From Bdellovibrionota bacterium (GTDB taxonomy: Bacteria > Bdellovibrionota_C > UBA2361 > JBGSMV01): a stretch of DNA of 64,000 bases. The notes beneath the pieces were generated by a model that saw only the letters and a list, made by a program, of their open reading frames with translations, did no database searches and had not been told where the DNA came from. The stretch covers positions 24,471 to 88,470 of the forward strand of contig JBGSMV010000043.1 of assembly GCA_041739995.1 (NCBI GenBank). Reading direction: 5' to 3'. A program made the position numbers and the translations under genes. How positions within the stretch are numbered: position 1 is the first letter of the stretch; every line of letters begins with the position of its first letter. Shown in pieces: positions 57,949-64,000 of this stretch.

Positions 57949-58548
57949 CTAAACGTAACGCAATGCTTCCTTAACAAGGTTCCCCACATCAGAGTCTTTG
58001 GACACACCGCTCTGCACTGCTTGGTCGACCGCACGCTCGGCATCTTTGCGAATGAAGCCAAGCGCCTGAAGCGCTTCCACTGCATCCTCCACTGGTTTTA
58101 CTTCCCTCTCCACCTGACTCTCAAGGGAAATGTGCTGCTCAACCACGTACGCGCCTACTTTGTCCTTCAGCTCAAGAACGATTCGCTCTGCGGTTTTCTT
58201 GCCGATGCCTCTGACCGATTGAAGCTTTACCGTTTCGCCAGCAGCTACGAAGCGAAGCAATTCTCGACAACTAATTCGTGAGATAATTTCAGCAGCGCTA
58301 CGCGGCCCAACACCCTTCACTTTGGTAAGTAGCAAGAAGACTTGTTTCTCAAGAACATCTTCGAATGCGTAGAGCCTCAGCAGATCCTCGGCTACATGAG
58401 TAAATACTACTACATGGGCCTCCTCGCCCACTTGTAGGCGTTCTAGTAGGCGCTCAGTGATGGTGAGTTCGTAACCAACGCCTCCCACAGAGAGAATGGC
58501 CACACGACCTGCTATCGACTCTACAATTCCACGCAAACTTCCGATCAT
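57949..58548 (-). CDS. ruvA: Holliday junction DNA-binding protein
   Basis: MIGSLRG, GVGY, V.GVGP, GIGKKTAERIVLEL, AL.ALGF. Confidence 0.97.
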   Translation of the reverse strand: MIGSLRGIVESIAGRVAILSVGGVGYELTITERLLERLQVGEEAHVVVFTHVAEDLLRLYAFEDVLEKQVFLLLTKVKGVGPRSAAEIISRISCRELLRFVAAGETVKLQSVRGIGKKTAERIVLELKDKVGAYVVEQHISLESQVEREVKPVEDAVEALQALGFIRKDAERAVDQAVQSGVSKDSDVGNLVKEALRYV

Positions 58549-58800
58549 GACCGAACTCGCCCTTCGCTTGAGCCTACTTTCAATTGAGACATTCTGTTCA
58601 ATTCAGAATGCGCTCCAAAGAACGCCCCCGCACCGCACTCTTATGCTTGCCCTAAGACTACATTTCTAACCTAGCTGCGCACAGGCGTGAAGCACTCGGC
58701 CCAAAGAGACTGGTCCCGGTGCAATCGCAGGAGTGATAGACTTTTGCCCTGGTGGTAAAGTACCACAAAATCAACTAAGTACAGCCACAAGAGCCGCTTT

Positions 58801-61152
58801 TTGAGTTCACCAGAGCGGTCTAGACTTTCGCCTATGCGCTTTCTGCTGGTCTTCTCAGGTTTCTGTGTCTGTGTCATTGGCGGGCTGCTTGCGGTCGGGT
58901 TCTATATTGTCGACGGACAGGTCACCGCAAGGCTTGCCTCCTCAATGGAGACCAACGTCTCCGCAATCTATTCGGATATCACTCGCGTGGATCCGCTCAC
59001 GCCGTTGGAAAGAGTTGAGACTCAGCTACTTAAAAGACGTTACCGCAAGGTAGACCAGGACCCAAACACTCCTGGAGAGTTTTATCTCACCGCACGATCT
59101 CTGCAAGTATACACCCGAGAGTTTTCGGCTCCCGATGGCCGCTCAATCCCCGCACAAAAGGTTATTTGGGGAGCGCAGAAAGACAGGCGTCCTTTTGCTC
59201 TCGAGCCACAAGCCATTTCAGTTCTCGGCGAGAGTACGAGGTCTTCTAAAAACCGTTCGCTCTCAGCGTTTCCCAATCATCTAGTGCAGGCCATCGTCGC
59301 TATCGAGGACGAGCGCTTCCGAAAGCACATCGGCCTCGACTTTGAAGGAATTCTGAGAGCTGCACTCACCAACCTTCAGGCCGGGAGAGTGGTACAGGGG
59401 GGAAGTACTATTACCCAGCAACTCGCTAAGAACTTGCTCTTTACCAGAGAACGTAGCTTCAAGCGGAAAATTCTTGAGGCACTTGCCGCGCTCAGTCTCG
59501 AAAGACACCTCTCGAAAGCAGAGATTTTACAAATGTACTTAAACGAAGTTTACCTCGGGCAAGAGGGAGCTGTGGCACTCCATGGAGTTGAATCAGCAGC
59601 TTCTGCGTTTCTTGGCAAAACCGTTGAACAACTCACCCTGCCTGAATCCGCACTGTTAGCAGGAATGATTCAAGCTCCGTCCCTTTACTCTCCGCGTCGG
59701 CACCCAGAGCGCGCCAAGGCGCGCCGCGCAGTGGTCTTAAAGAAGATGCGCGAAAGAGGCTACATCACCGAGAAGCAATTGCGACTCGCACTCAACTCTC
59801 CGTTGAACATCATCAAGGAGCGCTTCCACCAACGAAGAGCTCCGCACTTTGTTACTGAGGTTTCTAATTCCCTAGTTGGGCTATTTGGCGAGGGATCATT
59901 TCAAGGGGCTGGAATTAAGGTCTTCACTGGCCTCGATATGGATCTTCAGCAATGCGCCGAGGAGGCGGTCAGCAGCTCCATCGAGACACTTGAAGCCACC
60001 CATAAAAAACTCGTTCGTGGCAAAAAATCGCTAGAGGTTGGGCTTGTCGCACTCGAACCATTTAGTGGGAAAGTGCGCGCGTGGGTGGGGGGTCGCGATT
60101 ATGCAAGCAATCAATTCGACCACGTGGCCCAAGCCGAGCGACAGATTGGCTCCACTATCAAGCCTTTTCTCTACCTGACAGCCCTTGATGGCTCTCTGAA
60201 TTCGTATCGAGTCGCAACCCCTATTAGCATTTTGACCGACGAACCAGTGAAAATTGATTTAGTTTCGAGCAAGGCTTGGGCGCCAGAGAACTACGATCAC
60301 GAGTTTCGTGGCGATGTAACACTGAGATACGCGCTTGAGCGTTCGCTTAATATCCCCGCAGTTCAGATTCTTACACGAGTTGGAATCCCCTCGTTCGTTC
60401 AAACCCTGGAGCGTTTTCGTCTTGGCTCTCACATTCCAGAGGTTCACTCTCTCGCCCTTGGAGCACTAGACACTTCCCTACTCAATTTAACCGCATCATT
60501 TGGTGCACTCGCCAACGGAGGCGTGTATGTCGGACCACGAGCCTTCGTGTCGGTGCTCGACCGAGACCTAAATCGAATTGGAACAAGCGACATTGTTGAG
60601 GAGCGCGTTGCCAACGAAGCTCCGGTGTTCGTTCTCACTGATATACTTCGTGGAGTAGTCGACCGTGGCACAGGTACGAGCATTCGCGCATCCGGTTATA
60701 CCGGGGTGGTAGCTGGAAAAACTGGCACCTCGAACGAGACTCGCGATCTGTGGTTTGTTGGATTTAGTCCGGATCTCGTCACGGGAGTGTGGGTTGGATA
60801 CGACGACAATGCCAAGGTGGGCCTAACCGGGGGTACTGGTGCTGCCCCGATCTGGGCCGAGTTCATGAAATGCGCCTCCACCTTCGGTACCCCGAGTTCC
60901 TTTATCGCACCCACAGGAGTAGTCGCTGCTGATATCGACATTAGTTCTGGATTACGCGTCAATAAGGACTGCCCTGGCGCTCAGACCACCCGCGAAATAT
61001 TCGTGGCTGGAACCGAGCCTCGCACTCGTTGTGAGATTGAATCAGCGAAAAGTAAAGAAGGTCCTGAATCCAGTGAACATCCACGCGAGGAAGAGGGTTC
61101 CGAGGAGGAAGAGCCACGCAGATCCTTCTTCGAAAGAATTTTTGGCTTGTAG
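58801..61152 (+). CDS. mrcB: Class A penicillin-binding protein (PBP1b-like)
   Basis: UB2H-like region, EDERF, GGSTITQQ, RK..E, YLNE; STIK, SLN, KTG motifs. Confidence 0.85.
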   Translation: MSSPERSRLSPMRFLLVFSGFCVCVIGGLLAVGFYIVDGQVTARLASSMETNVSAIYSDITRVDPLTPLERVETQLLKRRYRKVDQDPNTPGEFYLTARSLQVYTREFSAPDGRSIPAQKVIWGAQKDRRPFALEPQAISVLGESTRSSKNRSLSAFPNHLVQAIVAIEDERFRKHIGLDFEGILRAALTNLQAGRVVQGGSTITQQLAKNLLFTRERSFKRKILEALAALSLERHLSKAEILQMYLNEVYLGQEGAVALHGVESAASAFLGKTVEQLTLPESALLAGMIQAPSLYSPRRHPERAKARRAVVLKKMRERGYITEKQLRLALNSPLNIIKERFHQRRAPHFVTEVSNSLVGLFGEGSFQGAGIKVFTGLDMDLQQCAEEAVSSSIETLEATHKKLVRGKKSLEVGLVALEPFSGKVRAWVGGRDYASNQFDHVAQAERQIGSTIKPFLYLTALDGSLNSYRVATPISILTDEPVKIDLVSSKAWAPENYDHEFRGDVTLRYALERSLNIPAVQILTRVGIPSFVQTLERFRLGSHIPEVHSLALGALDTSLLNLTASFGALANGGVYVGPRAFVSVLDRDLNRIGTSDIVEERVANEAPVFVLTDILRGVVDRGTGTSIRASGYTGVVAGKTGTSNETRDLWFVGFSPDLVTGVWVGYDDNAKVGLTGGTGAAPIWAEFMKCASTFGTPSSFIAPTGVVAADIDISSGLRVNKDCPGAQTTREIFVAGTEPRTRCEIESAKSKEGPESSEHPREEEGSEEEEPRRSFFERIFGL

Positions 61153-61261
61153 CACCTACCTATGTAGATCCTTCAGCGCCTCTATTGGCGTTAGCTTCCA
61201 TAATCGTGAGACTCTGACGATCAGAATGGCCTATAGGTTTAAATAAAAAGCATCGAAAGAT

Positions 61262-62242
61262 ATGCTCCTTCCCATACGCGACCCTGAATTTTGGATTCGT
61301 CGATGTCTTGCTCTCGCCGCTAAAGGAGCAGGAACGGTCGGCGCTGGTGTAATGGTCGGTAGTGTTCTCGTTCGTGATAACTGCGAGATAGCATGCGGCA
61401 TTCACCATGCCTTTGGTGCTGCCCACGCAGAAAGAGACCTACTTCAGTCATTCAGTCACCAAATACAACCTACTGACACTCTCGTTATCAATCTCGAGCC
61501 TTGCGCGCCACACCCGACCAAAAAAACTCCGCCCTGTACGGAAATTATTATCGAGCGCGGAATTCGAAATGTCGTCTTTGGGATGATTGACCCTGACCCG
61601 CGCGTTGCTGGTCGGGGGCTTACGCTACTTAAAGAAAATGGCGTGTCCGTTTTCGGGCCATTCTTAGAAGAATCTGCTAAGGATTTCAATCGAGGTTTTA
61701 TATGCCTACGGTTACATCAACGACCGTGGCTATCTTTGGTTTCCTCACCCGAGAATCTGACTGCCGTCCCAGACTGTTCTGCCTGGCAGGTGAAAGGACG
61801 CTCTCACCTCTTCGCCTCAGTATTGATACACGAGGATGAGCTTCAATCCATCGCGTCAACCCTGAGTTCCCTGGCGCCCAATGACTCAAAACTGTCTTCC
61901 CAGCTTCTCATTGTGATCGATTCCGGTTCCTGTTTTGGAATGCCTCAATTCAAAGAAATATGTGAGAAGTTCCAAGTAACTCTTCTTGTTTCTGCTTCGT
62001 CCAAGAAAAGCAGTCTCATCACCAAGGTTGAAGAGTTTTCTCGGGGCTGCTCGGCTCAATCTATGCGCGTACTCAAGGAGCCCCCCCCGGCAGGTATTCA
62101 GTTCCTCGAAGCTTTGGGTCGTCCGGTCCTGCGCTCAGCTCACGGAACTCCCTTTTCGGGTGTTGCTTCCGTCATCTTGAGAGAGTCGTCTCCCCTTGTG
62201 GCTACACTCGGAAAGTCTTGTATCGATGAGCACTTGAATTAA
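61262..62242 (+). CDS. ribD: RibD-like deaminase with divergent reductase domain
   Basis: HAE, LEPC...TPPC, DPDPRVAG.G; C-terminal half lacks recognisable reductase motifs. Confidence 0.75.
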   Translation: MLLPIRDPEFWIRRCLALAAKGAGTVGAGVMVGSVLVRDNCEIACGIHHAFGAAHAERDLLQSFSHQIQPTDTLVINLEPCAPHPTKKTPPCTEIIIERGIRNVVFGMIDPDPRVAGRGLTLLKENGVSVFGPFLEESAKDFNRGFICLRLHQRPWLSLVSSPENLTAVPDCSAWQVKGRSHLFASVLIHEDELQSIASTLSSLAPNDSKLSSQLLIVIDSGSCFGMPQFKEICEKFQVTLLVSASSKKSSLITKVEEFSRGCSAQSMRVLKEPPPAGIQFLEALGRPVLRSAHGTPFSGVASVILRESSPLVATLGKSCIDEHLN

Positions 62243-62343
62243 TGACCTCGCTTTGAGTGAAATACCTATTTTCGCTCCTCAAAACCACAATATTTTCAAT
62301 AATCTAACGGCATTAGAGGCAGAATCCCGGACTTTCCGGATAT

Positions 62344-62616
62344 GTGGCTATGAAGAGAACTGTGGTCAATGGTCGGCACATCATCGCCGCGGGAGAAGTC
62401 GGAGAGTTCACCGTCTGTCCTGAATCGTGGCGACTTCGAATGATTGCGGCGGTGAAGCGCGAACGCTCGGAGAATAAGAGGGAAGGCATCCGACTACACG
62501 CGCAGTGGGCAAAGAATTACGACGAATCACACTCGTTGAATCGACTAGTCCGAATTCTTCTACTTTCACTTTTACTTGCTGGAATGCTCTACGCCCAGCT
62601 CTCGTTGGGAACTTAG
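62344..62616 (+). CDS. N-terminal half of a split Cas4-like nuclease with C-terminal TM helix
   Basis: IAAGEVGEFTVCPESWRL (first Fe-S Cys), EGIRLH (GxxxH), then ILLLSLLLAGMLY. Start may be ATG 62350. Confidence 0.75.
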   Translation: MAMKRTVVNGRHIIAAGEVGEFTVCPESWRLRMIAAVKRERSENKREGIRLHAQWAKNYDESHSLNRLVRILLLSLLLAGMLYAQLSLGT

Positions 62617-62627
62617 AGAAATCTGTC

Positions 62628-63284
62628 ATGCTGGAATCCATCATCAACTATTTTGCGAATACCTGGCATCAAGCGCTGAACGCTGACTATGGCATCATGC
62701 TCTTTTGCATTATTGGCATAGCGACCATGATCGTTCTCGACGCGGTAACTCTCGCCATCTCGAAAGCTCGGCATCAAACTGGATTAGATCCTCGGGCGCG
62801 TGGCATAAGTGTCGACGGAAGTTCTGCGCTCCCTGGCAAAAGCTACCTATCAGAGCGACAAGCACTTGCAGGTCGGCCAGATGCGGTGATCTATGAGGGT
62901 GGCTTTATAATTCCTGTTGAGCGCAAACCGTTGGCCCGCAAAGTACGCGATCGCTATGTCGCGCAGTTGCTCATTTACATGCGACTGATTGAAGAGTTTG
63001 AAGGCAAAAAACCTCCATACGGTTATTTGATTCTCGGTCAGAATTGTCGAAAGGTTCGCATTGAGAATACGCCGGAGCGCCAAGCCTGGGTGGATTCCAT
63101 GCTGAACGAGATGCGCGCCATTCTCGGTGGCATGCCTGCGAAGGCCACTCCCCATGAGAGCAAGTGTCGAAAATGCGATGTGCGCGCCCACTGCGCATTC
63201 GCCGGAGAAGCCGTCGCCGGGCAAAAAATTTTGGGTACCGCAACCAGGTCTTCTGCACAGCTCAAACAGAGAGCCACTTCGTAG
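62628..63284 (+). CDS. C-terminal half of a Cas4-like PD-(D/E)xK nuclease with N-terminal TM helix
   Basis: TM helix, LAGRPD, PVERK, QLLIY, PPYGYL, CRKCDVRAHC. Confidence 0.85.
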   Translation: MLESIINYFANTWHQALNADYGIMLFCIIGIATMIVLDAVTLAISKARHQTGLDPRARGISVDGSSALPGKSYLSERQALAGRPDAVIYEGGFIIPVERKPLARKVRDRYVAQLLIYMRLIEEFEGKKPPYGYLILGQNCRKVRIENTPERQAWVDSMLNEMRAILGGMPAKATPHESKCRKCDVRAHCAFAGEAVAGQKILGTATRSSAQLKQRATS

Positions 63285-63409
63285 ATGCACGTTACAAGAT
63301 AGTGATCCTAAGGAACTCCTCGTCACTCAGATACCTCGCGCACTGGTTTGTAGGCCCGGCGATGCTCTGAGGCCGAGTTGGTTCGAGAGACCTTAGAAAC
63401 TCTCAGTGC

Positions 63410-63859
63410 TTAGGCACTCTTGAAGACTGCAGTGTGTGCTATGCGATCATGAAGCGCCTGTTTTAACTGGCCGAGCACAAAAAAGCAGCCAATGAACACC
63501 ACTACACTTGCGAGGGTTCCAAGTACTGAAAGAACGTTCATGGCCGTTAACGCCACGCCTAGTGTCAGTATCTGACCTGATGATTTGATCGCCTAACGTG
63601 TCGCCAACGTCTACGTAGTTGCGTCGCTACCATCCTCATTACGAATTTTAAGTCCCAAAATCAGCTTACCTGGAGTGGCTGCTAAGAAGACCTCCGTCGA
63701 CGTATAAGCGAGGGGGATAAGAGCTAATATCAAGGCGACTATCGTAGCACTTAGCGCACCAGTCGCCTGAGCAACATCGGTCTGTGCAACCGCCAGGGAA
63801 TCGCCTCCTAAAATGGCCAGCGCGCTGAATCCAAATATCATGGCAAGCCCGAACCGCTT
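63410..63859 (-). pseudogene. RDD family membrane protein, 5'-truncated, two in-frame TAG stops
   Basis: ...EVFLAATPGKLILGLKI...DATT*TLATR*AIK...KQALHDRIAHTAV; TAGs at 63611-63613 and 63593-63595; final TAA at 63410-63412. Confidence 0.8.
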
Positions 63860-63994
63860 CTGTACCGGGGCTACTCTCCCTAGCGAGGTAGGCAGCGCTC
63901 CGCCCGACTGCACACCCGAAGAGTCCCCCCCCCTGTACCGGGGCTACTCCCCCGACCCCCCAATCACTCTCATCCCTCCCTGTACCGGGGCTAC
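63860..63994 (+). repeat. Three direct copies of CTGTACCGGGGCTAC with irregular spacers; may continue past the window edge
   Basis: Copies start at 63860, 63933 and 63980. Confidence 0.85.
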
Positions 63995-64000
63995 AGCGAG

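Noticed and set aside
62505..62627. N-terminal extension of the cas4 ORF in the track
   Set aside because: It overlaps ORF A in another frame; ATG 62628 just after the ORF A stop is more plausible.
63593..63613. Amber recoding or pyrrolysine
   Set aside because: TAG terminates many intact genes here (for example dxs, gspE, gspF) and no pyl genes are present.
63860..63994. CRISPR array next to cas4
   Set aside because: The repeat is only 15 bp, periods are irregular (73 and 47 bp), spacers are partly low-complexity, and there is no cas1 or cas2.

Overview
Bacterial chromosomal window of roughly 50-55% GC. The gene content (msbA-DUF374-waaA cluster, gspC-N type II secretion genes, DUF4390-ntrY, AsmA, Pal, BamD) is diderm and looks Deltaproteobacteria/Bdellovibrionota-like; this taxonomic call is inference. 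Most of the window is housekeeping and envelope biology: waaA (partial, missed by the ORF track), msbA, rarA, an M20 peptidase, pal, dxs, panC, bamD, fbp, ruvAB, a class A PBP and ribD. The T2SS cluster (gspCDEFGHIJ ... gspLMN) lacks gspK and is interrupted by six other genes. Highlights: (1) a CRISPR-independent Cas4-like nuclease split into two adjacent genes, each with its own transmembrane helix, with the Fe-S ligands divided 1+3 between the halves (62344-63284); (2) an island of small secreted proteins around a DUF6502 gene, with a perfect 29-bp palindrome next to a consensus sigma54 promoter and two more copies of the same ACTGG-N9-CCAGT motif, suggesting an undescribed DUF6502 regulon (14902-19511); (3) unusual domain additions on GspD and BamD, two Flp-like pilins, a putative membrane-anchored clan CD protease, and an RDD pseudogene cut by a short repeat family that also forms a MITE-like element near 12 kb. 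I found no rRNA, tRNA, CRISPR array or transposase.
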